Counted from the first letter of the stretch, positions 10,222-19,272 are shown. The stretch is DNA of 26,944 nucleotides from Candidatus Thorarchaeota archaeon (GCA_003345595.1 PRDI01000102.1:1-26944); one strand, 5' to 3'. Numbers and translations: made by a program. Notes: a model not told the origin generated them from the sequence alone.

Positions 10222-10656
10222 ATGAGACTCACACTCGAAGCGCTCAAGGGGGTCTTGAACGTCCTTAACGTCGGGATTGTTCTCGTGGGCAATGACGACA
10301 AGATACTTCTCTTCAATCGTATCGCAGGCGAGATGCTTCAACAGGACTCACCATCCCGAATCGGCACTTCAATCCTCAGATGCCACGGTGAAGTTTCAGA
10401 GCCGAATGTCAGGAAGATGCTTTCGGAGATCAGGTCTGGATCAATGCAGAAGTATGAAGGTTGGGTAGACTTCCGAGGCAGAATGCTCTATGAACACATC
10501 TATCCAGTGCGCAACGATAGAGGTGAATGCATCCTAGTTGTGGAGGAACTTCATGACTCTGCCGAGAAAGCAGAGTACCTCAAGATTGCGGGCCAATGGA
10601 AGGATATCCACGTGTCTGGTGTTGGGATGAAGGCTCCGCGTAGTCCTAGGCCCTAG
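10222..10656 (+). CDS. Stand-alone PAS-domain protein
   Basis: PAS N-terminal pattern LNVLNVGIVLVGNDDKILLFNRIA, then RIGTSILRCHG and C-terminal PVRNDRGECILVVE. The ATG at 10222 follows AAGGTG; the alternative start is GTG at 10213. Confidence 0.82.
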   Translation: MRLTLEALKGVLNVLNVGIVLVGNDDKILLFNRIAGEMLQQDSPSRIGTSILRCHGEVSEPNVRKMLSEIRSGSMQKYEGWVDFRGRMLYEHIYPVRNDRGECILVVEELHDSAEKAEYLKIAGQWKDIHVSGVGMKAPRSPRP

Positions 10657-10790
10657 GAAGGCTGAACGCCTACAACAACTTTGACTGGAACTTAGCTTGA
10701 GCGAAGGCTTGAAATACAGAACAGAAGCAGCCGCCCACAGTCCAAACTTGGCAGACGTCGCATAAGACGCTGAGGACAGGGGTGACTTGA

Positions 10791-11981
10791 ATGGTTCGAG
10801 ACCCTACTGGCTGGATGAAAGTAGAATATGACAAACTTGTCCAAGATCACTTGGACTGGAAGATAAGAGAACTGCAAGGACCTTCTGCGCCAAAAGCGAA
10901 AGTGGATGGCGTCGAAGTCATCATGCTCTGCAGCAATAACTACCTCAACTTGAGCAACCATCCCAAACTGAAAGAGGCAGCGATGAAAGCGATTAAGACT
11001 CATGGTGTCGGGTCTGGCTCCGTTAGAGCGATCGCAGGAACAATGGATCTCCACCTTGAGCTCGAGCGACGCCTTGCGAAGTTCAAGGGAGCCGAAGCAT
11101 CCCTGACCTACAGTGCCGGGTTCACTGCCAATGAGGGACTGATTCCCACTTTGGTGGATGATGGCGATGCGATTGTTTCAGATGAGCTGAACCACGGTAG
11201 CATAATCGATGGTGTCAGACTCACAAAGGCCAAGCGCTTTGTCTACAAACACCGCGATATGGCAGATCTTGACCGAGTACTGTCAGAGGTCGAGAAGGAC
11301 AACCCAAGACGCATCCTGATCATCACCGACGGTGTATTCAGCATGGATGGAGACATTGCTCCACTTGACAAGATTGCGAAGGCCGGCAAGGAACACGGAG
11401 CAATGATCTACGTCGACGATGCACATGGGGAAGCGGTCCTTGGCAAGGGCGGAAGAGGGATAGTTTCCCACTTCAACCTGACCCACAAAGACGTCCAATT
11501 CGAGATGGGTACGTTCAGTAAGGCTTTCGGCGTGATGGGCGGCCACGTATCTGGGAGTAGGGACATGGTCAACTATGCTCTGAACAAGAGCCGTTCTTGG
11601 CTTCTCAGTGCTTCACATCCACCTGCTACTGCCGCGGCATGCATTGCAGCAATAGACGTACTCGAGACTGAGGAGAAGTGGGTCAAGACTCTCTGGGAGA
11701 ACCGTGAGTACTTCGTCAAGCGTCTTACCGGCATGGGCTACAACATTGGCAACAGTCAGACTCCGATTGTACCTGCCATGGTTGGCGACAGCGCAAAGGC
11801 AGTCGACCTTAGCGAAGGTTTGTACAAGGAGGGTATCCTAGCACTCCCAATCGTCTTCCCCATGGTGGCTCGAGACAAAGCCAGAATTAGAAACATGATG
11901 AACTCTGGTCTCACGAAGGCTCAGCTCGACCAAGCAATAGCTGCATACGAAAAGGTCGGCAAGAAGCTCCACATTATCTAG
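10791..11981 (+). CDS. kbl: Alpha-oxoamine synthase family PLP enzyme (glycine C-acetyltransferase / 8-amino-7-oxononanoate synthase)
   Basis: Motifs CSNNYLNL, GSGSVRAIAGT, SDELNHGSIIDG, TDGVFSMDGD, VDDAHG, GTFSKAFG (PLP lysine) and ARIR. GGGGTGA SD upstream. The family call is firm; kbl versus bioF is less certain. Confidence 0.88.
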   Translation: MVRDPTGWMKVEYDKLVQDHLDWKIRELQGPSAPKAKVDGVEVIMLCSNNYLNLSNHPKLKEAAMKAIKTHGVGSGSVRAIAGTMDLHLELERRLAKFKGAEASLTYSAGFTANEGLIPTLVDDGDAIVSDELNHGSIIDGVRLTKAKRFVYKHRDMADLDRVLSEVEKDNPRRILIITDGVFSMDGDIAPLDKIAKAGKEHGAMIYVDDAHGEAVLGKGGRGIVSHFNLTHKDVQFEMGTFSKAFGVMGGHVSGSRDMVNYALNKSRSWLLSASHPPATAAACIAAIDVLETEEKWVKTLWENREYFVKRLTGMGYNIGNSQTPIVPAMVGDSAKAVDLSEGLYKEGILALPIVFPMVARDKARIRNMMNSGLTKAQLDQAIAAYEKVGKKLHII

Positions 11982-12002
11982 AGTCTGTATTCCGAATCCA
12001 TT

Positions 12003-12024
12003 AGCGTGGTCACAAGATCACGCT
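12003..12024 (+). terminator. Hairpin downstream of the kbl-like gene
   Basis: AGCGTGGTC-ACAA-GATCACGCT: 9-bp stem with one G-U pair, about 20 nt after the stop and followed by pyrimidines. Confidence 0.45.
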
Positions 12025-12073
12025 CTCTGGACTAAGCAGAGAATCTCGTATGCAGCCGAAGCCGGGACTATCC

Positions 12074-12081
12074 TTTTATTA
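12074..12081 (+). promoter_or_regulatory. Candidate TATA box for the gene at 12129
   Basis: TTTTATTA about 50 nt upstream of the GTG start, with an AAGGAGA SD at 12114-12120. Confidence 0.4.
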
Positions 12082-12128
12082 CCCTCCTTCTACCTTCGGC
12101 TGAGATCATTCTCAAGGAGATATGAGTA

Positions 12129-12494
12129 GTGCAATTCGAGTGGATATTATCGCTATTCACCAGTTACGCAATGGTTCTCCTTCTTCTGGTGATAGTGACT
12201 CTGGTCATCTATGGCCTTCTTCTGGGCGTCGCCCTTGGGTTTGTAGGCGGCAAGCATAGGGAACTCGGTTCTACTTTCGGGACTGCTTTTCTGATAGCAC
12301 TCGTCAGCTGGATACCTTGCTTGGGCTGCATACTCGGCTTGTATTTCATAAAGTCGCGCCACGGGGTTGGGTGGGGCAGCGCACTGATAGCATGGATTCT
12401 AATGTTTGTCATTGCGATAGTTGTGGTTATCCTCATACTATTAGTCGCCTTCCCAGCGGTATGGTTTGCTATGTGGGGCATGTTTTGGCCATAA
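12129..12494 (+). CDS. Small polytopic membrane protein (3-4 TM), function unknown
   Basis: Almost entirely hydrophobic helices separated by short basic loops (GGKHRE, KSRHG). GTG start 8 nt after AAGGAGA. Confidence 0.75.
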   Translation: MQFEWILSLFTSYAMVLLLLVIVTLVIYGLLLGVALGFVGGKHRELGSTFGTAFLIALVSWIPCLGCILGLYFIKSRHGVGWGSALIAWILMFVIAIVVVILILLVAFPAVWFAMWGMFWP

Positions 12495-12515
12495 GTACAA
12501 TCAGGAATAGTCTGG

Positions 12516-13211
12516 ATGAGCAGAATGGAATCCAAACTGAATAGGTCGGGCAATGGACCCTGCGACAAGGTCATTCTCTCTGAAGAGAGAGGACCGCTCG
12601 AGTTTCACATGAGGCAGATTGCTCGCGATCCCGTAGGGTTTCTGAGGACAATCAGTCCCTTCCTGACTGCTCACCATCCCTTCTGTTCAGAGTTCGAGGA
12701 CCATGTAGTTGTCATTAGGAATCGAAGATGGTGCCTCGGCTGTCTATTCAACACGGTCTTCTTCGCCGCAACAATGGCTAGTCTGCTTGGGCTATGGACT
12801 ATTATTCCCGGCTTGCTCAATAGACAGATCCTCTTCTCGATCGGGACAGGGGGCATAGTGGTCTATCTCTTGGGCAGTGGTCTCGGTTTAGTGAAGGACA
12901 AGATGCTGAGGGTGTTCTCCAAACTGATACTAAGTTCATCCTTTTCCTGCATCACCTGGTCAATACTCATTGCTAACGGCTCACTATCTTCAGGAATCGA
13001 AAGCAAGTTCTTGCTCATCTTCCTTCTGTACTTGCTCGTAGTCACCGGACTCAACATGAAACGAATAACAGAGCTGGGAAAGACATGCGACGCGTGCGAG
13101 TACAAGATGCGATGGAGCCGGTGTCCTGGGTTCAAGAGTACTGTCTGCCAGCTTCTTGAGGAGGGCTTCGTACGACCAAGACCGATTGGAAAGGACCAAG
13201 CCGCTGACTAG
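12516..13211 (+). CDS. 4-TM membrane protein with Cys/His clusters (putative metal-binding)
   Basis: HHPFC-x5-H and WCLGC precede four hydrophobic segments; CDAC-x8-CPGF follows them. The start may lie further downstream. Confidence 0.72.
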   Translation: MSRMESKLNRSGNGPCDKVILSEERGPLEFHMRQIARDPVGFLRTISPFLTAHHPFCSEFEDHVVVIRNRRWCLGCLFNTVFFAATMASLLGLWTIIPGLLNRQILFSIGTGGIVVYLLGSGLGLVKDKMLRVFSKLILSSSFSCITWSILIANGSLSSGIESKFLLIFLLYLLVVTGLNMKRITELGKTCDACEYKMRWSRCPGFKSTVCQLLEEGFVRPRPIGKDQAAD

Positions 13212-13299
13212 GGGCCCAGATTCATTCTATGGAGTAAGAAGCAGTGGGCATACTGGAGGCGGCGCCAATCCTTATCCTTCTTCACGTCAAGGTGGAATC

Positions 13300-13545
13300 A
13301 TGTCAAAGCAGGGCGAAACCCAGAGAGACTGGACGCTTGAGACAGTCCTGCTCCAAGCAGCGAAGTCAGGTGCAATGCTACGGTTCTGCGGCAATCAGAT
13401 GACCATCCTTGCAGAGGGTCAGGTCGCCTTTGTCGGGAAGGGTGTCGTCGGGCTCCGTCACAGAAAGGACAAGGACGCCGACGAGTTTGTCAAGATTGAT
13501 AGCATTGCCAAGGTGCAGGAGATACCGGACTCCCATCAGTACTGA
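13300..13545 (+). CDS. Small hypothetical protein (81 aa), possible Sm/LSm/SH3-like beta-barrel
   Basis: ATG at 13300 follows AAGGTGG. The longer ORF from 13156 would overlap the upstream gene. Helix plus short strands (AEGQVAFVGKGVVGL..EFVKIDSIAKV). Confidence 0.62.
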   Translation: MSKQGETQRDWTLETVLLQAAKSGAMLRFCGNQMTILAEGQVAFVGKGVVGLRHRKDKDADEFVKIDSIAKVQEIPDSHQY

Positions 13546-13675
13546 CGTAGGAAATCCGATTCCTCGGCGACTGTCAAGCGTCATCCAGCAGCCGTGCTAC
13601 AGAGGAGAACGAGCGCGGATCGTCAATCCTTACGTGAAGACGCGCGTGGGGTCGATGCCAGTGCAGGGCGGGCAT

Positions 13676-14236
13676 TCAGTCATTCTCTGCAAGCACTGTT
13701 CTGATGATTGAAGTAGCAGTCCTTCCTACTGCAGCGACGACCATCTGAGTGAGAAAGGCTAGGATAAAACCTCCGAGTGAAACAACGAACATGAAGAAGC
13801 TGAGGGACGTTTGCGCTAGCGCTGTGAAGAAGTACTTGTACACCAACCAGTATGCGTACATACCCATGATCAAGATAAGTCCAACAGCCATCCCGTACAG
13901 AATCACGACCGTTTTCACACGGGGCTTGCCAAGGTCAACTGATCCAATGTCGTCAGCTATCACGGCTCGACCTATGCGGCGGTTGACCCTCATAAAAAAG
14001 CTAATCGCGCCCAGGAAGATGAATAGCGTAATCATTGCCCCCAACAGCAGGAGAAACACTGCAACATCGATCTCAATCGTTTCAATCAATCCAGAGTGAC
14101 TGATCCAGTATGCAACAATGGAACCTAGCATCATGATTCCAGTGACTATCTCTGCAACAAGGGAAATCGTCGCCGTTCCACGAAACAAGGAACCGATATC
14201 CATGGAGTCAGAATCGCCCGGCTTGTGCTCTTTCAT
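13676..14236 (-). CDS. 4-TM membrane protein, function unknown
   Basis: Four hydrophobic helices arranged as two pairs around a basic loop (RVNRRIGR). ATG at 14236 chosen; the ORF track start at 14296 is a non-ATG extension. Confidence 0.72.
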   Translation of the reverse strand: MKEHKPGDSDSMDIGSLFRGTATISLVAEIVTGIMMLGSIVAYWISHSGLIETIEIDVAVFLLLLGAMITLFIFLGAISFFMRVNRRIGRAVIADDIGSVDLGKPRVKTVVILYGMAVGLILIMGMYAYWLVYKYFFTALAQTSLSFFMFVVSLGGFILAFLTQMVVAAVGRTATSIIRTVLAEND

Positions 14237-14426
14237 AGACGGTGCCTCAAAAGTGAGAGGGCTATCTCTTGCCGTAAGTGACTCAGTAACTCTCAAAAAG
14301 CCTTGTCGGTATTGATGGTCGTGGCGGGATGGGCTCTTTTTTGGAGCATAACGCCACTGTAGAACTAGTTAGAGTGACACCGAAACTGTCTAAAACGATT
14401 CGCCTTCGTGCCCTAACTGGAGCCAT

Positions 14427-15104
14427 ATGCCACGCACACAACGAATCCCCTGTCGGGCTGTGATTTTCGACTTTGATGGCACGCTTGCCGATAGTATGCC
14501 CTTCCTCGAGAGGATTGGCGTTCAAGTCATGATGAAGTACTACGCTGCGACTTTAGAAGAAGCAACAAGACGATACCGGTCGACGACAGGACTGCCCTAT
14601 GAGCACCAGATCAAAATGAACTTCCCTGGCGACGAAAAGAATGAGGCAGCCATATCCGAGTTTGAGAGACTTAAGATCGACAGGATTTTTGACCAAGAGC
14701 TGTTCCCGGACACTGTAGAAACCCTACAGAGAATCCAGGATATGCGCATCGAGGCGTTTGTGTCGTCCTCAACATTCCAGCCCACAATCGAGGAATACTT
14801 CAGAAGGAAGGGCATTGCAGGCTTCTTTCTGGAGATTATGGGGTACAGACCCGGGTTTGAGAAGGGTGCACACCACTTCGACCATGTGAAGTCGAAGTAT
14901 GGCCTTCCTCTCGATCAGGTAGTGTTCGTCGGAGATTCCCTGAAGGACTTTGAAAGATCCCGCGGCTTCTGCAAGTTCATCGGAGTCGAGCGCATGTTCT
15001 CTCTGCAGGACTTCAGGAGGATTGGCCACGAAGGACCAGTTGTGAAACACCTCTCACAGGTGCCTCCGTTGCTCAGGAGCGTGCGCACTCGTGGGCCGGA
15101 TTAG
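14427..15104 (+). CDS. HAD-superfamily hydrolase (phosphoglycolate phosphatase-like, C1 cap)
   Basis: Motif I VIFDFDGTLADS, motif II FVSSS, a Lys in GFEKG and motif IV VFVGDSLKD. Confidence 0.9.
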   Translation: MPRTQRIPCRAVIFDFDGTLADSMPFLERIGVQVMMKYYAATLEEATRRYRSTTGLPYEHQIKMNFPGDEKNEAAISEFERLKIDRIFDQELFPDTVETLQRIQDMRIEAFVSSSTFQPTIEEYFRRKGIAGFFLEIMGYRPGFEKGAHHFDHVKSKYGLPLDQVVFVGDSLKDFERSRGFCKFIGVERMFSLQDFRRIGHEGPVVKHLSQVPPLLRSVRTRGPD

Positions 15105-15133
15105 ACAAGCATCCAGAATGGAAGGTAGACGAT

Positions 15134-15883
15134 ATGCCCCCAATCAAGGTATCTTACAGAAAAGGTGACGGACAAGAAGGCACGGTTGCTGTCGATGCAG
15201 ACACAACAGCTGTCTGGATTGACGGAATTGGTGCGACTTGGGTTGACCTGACACCACTCCTGTCATGTTCTAGGCTCCACACACTTGATTTATCGACGAA
15301 TGCCTTGTCTGACATTGACTTGGCACCCTTGGCGTCATGCAAGAACCTAGAACGACTGTTTCTCGGTGGCAACAAGCTTCAGTCCTTGGATCTGGGTCCT
15401 GTTGCTTCCTGCACGAAGCTAGCGGTTCTTGAGTTGTGGCAAAACAACTTGCAGAATCTGGATCTTGCACCATTAAGCCAGTGCAGCGCATTAGACATGT
15501 TTGATGTTTCTGCCAACAAGCTAGAAGTGATTGACCTCGCCCCTCTGGCAGGCTGTACCGCCCTCAAGACAATCCACTTCTGGCAGAACCAACTCACGAC
15601 GGTGGATATGACACCGTTGTCCGCGTGCACAAAGCTGGAAGAACTGGATTTTGCGAGCAATCAGCTCCGAGATATTGACTTGGCACCCCTATCTTCATGT
15701 ACAATGCTCCACACGGTAGATCTCAGGATGAACAAGCTGACGCACCTTGATCTTGCGCCGCTTCGCCTCTGCACAAGATTGGCGAGACTCGACCTCAGAG
15801 ACAATGCGATAGTGAATCTGGATGTGACCCAACTCTCAGGGCTCACCGAGTTGAGAATCATGGGCTTCAGGAAAAAGCGATGA
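15134..15883 (+). CDS. Cytoplasmic leucine-rich repeat protein
   Basis: Eight complete 24-aa repeats plus one partial, consensus DLxPLxxCxxLxxLxLxxNxLxx(I/L). No signal peptide or TM segment. Confidence 0.93.
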   Translation: MPPIKVSYRKGDGQEGTVAVDADTTAVWIDGIGATWVDLTPLLSCSRLHTLDLSTNALSDIDLAPLASCKNLERLFLGGNKLQSLDLGPVASCTKLAVLELWQNNLQNLDLAPLSQCSALDMFDVSANKLEVIDLAPLAGCTALKTIHFWQNQLTTVDMTPLSACTKLEELDFASNQLRDIDLAPLSSCTMLHTVDLRMNKLTHLDLAPLRLCTRLARLDLRDNAIVNLDVTQLSGLTELRIMGFRKKR

Positions 15884-15934
15884 CAGTCGCTTCCATAGTA
15901 CTCCAGAAACTGGGGTTGCGCACCAGCGGATTCA

Positions 15935-16897
15935 TCATGAACTGCGAGGAACAGGAACGCTCAGCGCAGCCGATGGCGCTTTACTCATCCTTCTGAGCGC
16001 CAGCCGAACACGCGGAACCAGCTCATCCGGCACGGTCACCCTGTTCTCCTGAGGCAGGTCTTCAAGCACCCTGAGTATCTTCTCAAGACTATTCTTCTTC
16101 ATCTGAATGCAGCGAGCCCCATTGTATGCTGGTATTATGACCTTGTCAGGGTGCGCGGCCTGTAGCTGTTCGACCATTCCGATCTCCGTGGCCAAGATGA
16201 ACTCCTTGGCTGGGGACTCTGCAACAGTCTTTGCCATCATTCCGGTAGAACCCACCATATCTGCTGCCTCCTGAACCTCCAGAGGACACTCAGGATGTGC
16301 GATCACTACGGCGTCCGGATGCTCTTCCCTCAAGAGCTGAATCTGGGCAACATCAAACTGCTGGTGAACATAGCAGTGTCCCTTGGGCTCAATGTCGATG
16401 ACGCGAATGCCTGTGGCCCTTCTGACATGGTCAGCCAAGTTCTTGTCAGGTCCAAACAGTACAGTGTCTACGCCAAGGCTCTGCACCACCTCGACGGCGT
16501 TGCCCGACGTGCACACAACATCACACTCTGACTTAGCTTCTGCCGTCGTATTCACGTAGACAACTACAGGCATACCCGGATACTTCCTCTTTTTGATACG
16601 TATCTTGCTTGCAGTGACATATCCGGCGAGCGGACACAAGGTGTCAGGAGCAGGAATATACACCGGCATATTCGAGAGGACTGCAGCCATCTCGGCCATG
16701 AAGCGGACTCCTGCGAAGACTATGATGTCATGCCGCTTATCTGCAGCGCATTTCCTCGCCAGTTGAAGAGAATCGCCCACAAAGTCTGCTATCTGCTGAA
16801 TCTCAAGGGGCTGGTAGTTGTGTGCCACTATTAGCGCTCTGCGCTTCTTCTTCAACTCGAGGATGCGCCGTTGAAGCTCGGGTATTCTGGAGTCCAA
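15935..16897 (-). CDS. nadA: Quinolinate synthase A
   Basis: AHNYQ, VGDSLQLA, GVRFMAE, YVNT, CTSGNA and AHPEC motifs. Three Fe-S ligand Cys in LCPLA, GHCYVH and RCIQMK. TTG start. Confidence 0.96.
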   Translation of the reverse strand: MDSRIPELQRRILELKKKRRALIVAHNYQPLEIQQIADFVGDSLQLARKCAADKRHDIIVFAGVRFMAEMAAVLSNMPVYIPAPDTLCPLAGYVTASKIRIKKRKYPGMPVVVYVNTTAEAKSECDVVCTSGNAVEVVQSLGVDTVLFGPDKNLADHVRRATGIRVIDIEPKGHCYVHQQFDVAQIQLLREEHPDAVVIAHPECPLEVQEAADMVGSTGMMAKTVAESPAKEFILATEIGMVEQLQAAHPDKVIIPAYNGARCIQMKKNSLEKILRVLEDLPQENRVTVPDELVPRVRLALRRMSKAPSAALSVPVPRSS

Positions 16898-17070
16898 CCA
16901 AGTTCACCATTGTAGATTCAACGCATGTGTTATTAACCGAATCTCAATGTGCAAAGACTATCAACACCTAAAGGTTTTGGCGACAGCAGCATGCTTGTTG
17001 TCGGCTGCATGCGGCCAATAGGATTCGAGTAACAAAGGTTGCAGGAAACGACCCAATAGAGCGTGATTCG

Positions 17071-19212
17071 TTGACGAGAACGAAGTATGAGCCTCCCAGT
17101 GTAAGCAACAAAACAATAGCCACATTCATGAATAGAGCTGCCTCTGATTTGGCTGCGCTGACCAAGGGTAAGAGGGTGCCTGACGGAAAAGGAGCGTTCG
17201 GCGAAAGCAGGGAGCTGCTCGCTTTCGAAATGGCACGTGCCTCGCAAGTGGGACATGACGCTCTCGCCGTAGCCACAAGAGCACACGAGCGACTACTCTT
17301 GGTTTTCAGAGACGACATCAGAGAAGTGAAGACAGAGGACCTACTTGAATCTATGACGCTCTGTTTCTATGGATTCGTCCTTGGAAACTACGATGACGAG
17401 GACTTTCGTTACGTCTACAGATACTCAGTCTACAACTGTACTGACCATCACAGTATTGAGTCTTGGCTGCAAAAGGCACTCGTCTTTCTGGCTCTGTTCG
17501 AAGACATGTCGGGAAGAGAACTCATGCAGGAGGTCTTCGAATGGATGCGGTTCCTTGGGACGCCGATATGGTCGCCGGCTGTCCTGTCCGGACCTTGTTC
17601 AGAGTTTGGGTCGGACATCAGCCCGGTCCTGACTCAGGAGGGTTTCAGACTAGTTGATGCAATAAGACGCCACCCGCAGTACATGAGCGAAGCCATATCC
17701 GGGAAGTCGTATCAGGAGGTAAGACAAGCGACCAAGGACTGGTTACCCGATGCTCTGTCATCCAAGCTTTTCTCGCTTTATCGTTCCCATGAATACAAGA
17801 AGGCGCAGGAACGCATCACCGAGAGCATGCCTGTTCGTCAGGCGCTCGAAACTGCTCAGACAGTCTTCGAAGAAACCGGATTTGTGAGTGACGACAGCTC
17901 AGCACTGCCTATCCGTCTCCAAGACCTACCCGCTCCTCCGCCGGCTGAAGAAGTGAATCCTGCAATCTTCGAACTCATACCTCAGAAGCTTCGGATGGAG
18001 CTGCTATCAGCCGTTGCATACTCCACTAAGACAAAGAGCATTGAAATCATCTTCATTGGAGGGCCAAGGATAGGGCGGAGCGGTATCTTGATCAAGACCG
18101 ATACAGGAGGCATTCTCCTGGACTATGGTTTCTCGGTTGCCAATCAGAAGATACCTGAGTGGGTTCCTGAGTTGCAGATGATTGACACCGTGTTGGTGTC
18201 GCATGCACATCTCGATCATGTTGGAGGACTGCCAGCCCTTTATGAAACGTATACGGGTAAGTGGTGTTCCACCGCTCTGACTGGAGTAATAAGCAAAGCG
18301 CTCTTGGAGGATGCTCTGAATGTAGGTGCATCTCATGGACCGAGAAAGGACGATATGTGGGACATGATATCGGCTTACCATGAATCAAACCTAGACAAGG
18401 TCACTAAGAGTCATGTTCGCTTGGAGGTCGGTAAGAGTTCCGAAGTCGGGTCGGGAATCGTCGTTACGCCAATTGATGCGAGCCACATACCAGGTAGTGT
18501 GTCCTATCTTGTTGACATTGAGGGTGTCCGGATTCTCTACACAGGGGACTTCAACACAGACCAGACTATTCTGTTTCCAGGGTCAAGCCTGCCGACAGAC
18601 GCGAATGTGGTCATACTAGATGGCACATACTGGGGTCGTGAAGACTTCAGTCGCCCTCAAGCCTCTGAGATCATCACGGATGTGGCGAACAAGCAAGGCC
18701 CGATCGTTATTCCCACATTTGCGGTAGGTCGTTCTCAGGAAATACTCATGACACTTGAAGCACTAGGAGTCACTCAAAGAAAGAATGTGATAGTCACAGG
18801 TCTTGCTGAACGCGTTACAAAGTTGGTGGGACTGCAAGGACACTGGCAGGTCATGAAGAAGAACAAGACAGTACTCGACAAGGATGACATTCTGGTTTCT
18901 GGAGGAGGTATGATGGGCGGCGGGCTTGCACGGCAGCATTTTAGAGAGCACCGTGACAACCCTGAGGCGGGAGTCATACTCTGCGGCTATCTTGCACCGA
19001 GAACGCCGGGATGGAACGTGGTGAACGGTTATGAACCTCACAAGTGCAGAGTAGAGTATGCTCGGCTCAGCGCTCATTCATCTGCAAGCAACCTCGAGAA
19101 GTACGTCCGATCTTGCACTGGCACGAGAATAATTGTTCACACTCCGGTGGAAGTGCCTCCGGAGGGCCTCATCATGCCTGACTATCGAACAAGAATAAGG
19201 ATTCCAGTCTAG
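17071..19212 (+). CDS. Metallo-beta-lactamase/beta-CASP nuclease (CPSF73/aCPSF-like) with a ~320-aa N-terminal extension
   Basis: LLDYG (I), SHAHLDHVG (II), SHIPGS (III), YTGDF (IV), DGTY (A), PTFAVGRSQE, LSAHS (B) and IVH (C, His as in RNA-acting members). The start could be ATG at 17128. Confidence 0.88.
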   Translation: MTRTKYEPPSVSNKTIATFMNRAASDLAALTKGKRVPDGKGAFGESRELLAFEMARASQVGHDALAVATRAHERLLLVFRDDIREVKTEDLLESMTLCFYGFVLGNYDDEDFRYVYRYSVYNCTDHHSIESWLQKALVFLALFEDMSGRELMQEVFEWMRFLGTPIWSPAVLSGPCSEFGSDISPVLTQEGFRLVDAIRRHPQYMSEAISGKSYQEVRQATKDWLPDALSSKLFSLYRSHEYKKAQERITESMPVRQALETAQTVFEETGFVSDDSSALPIRLQDLPAPPPAEEVNPAIFELIPQKLRMELLSAVAYSTKTKSIEIIFIGGPRIGRSGILIKTDTGGILLDYGFSVANQKIPEWVPELQMIDTVLVSHAHLDHVGGLPALYETYTGKWCSTALTGVISKALLEDALNVGASHGPRKDDMWDMISAYHESNLDKVTKSHVRLEVGKSSEVGSGIVVTPIDASHIPGSVSYLVDIEGVRILYTGDFNTDQTILFPGSSLPTDANVVILDGTYWGREDFSRPQASEIITDVANKQGPIVIPTFAVGRSQEILMTLEALGVTQRKNVIVTGLAERVTKLVGLQGHWQVMKKNKTVLDKDDILVSGGGMMGGGLARQHFREHRDNPEAGVILCGYLAPRTPGWNVVNGYEPHKCRVEYARLSAHSSASNLEKYVRSCTGTRIIVHTPVEVPPEGLIMPDYRTRIRIPV

Positions 19213-19272
19213 CGTCCACGTTTACGGAACTCGGGCTCCATCAGTTGTTGTTCTATGGATCCTACACATCTG

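Noticed and set aside
15134-15883. CRISPR-like or non-coding tandem DNA repeats
   Set aside because: The 72-nt periodicity is fully explained by the LRR coding repeats, and no CRISPR array was seen anywhere in the window.
15935-16897. NadA has FAGV in place of the usual FCGV
   Set aside because: That Cys is not one of the three cluster ligands, all of which are present, so there is no evidence of inactivation.
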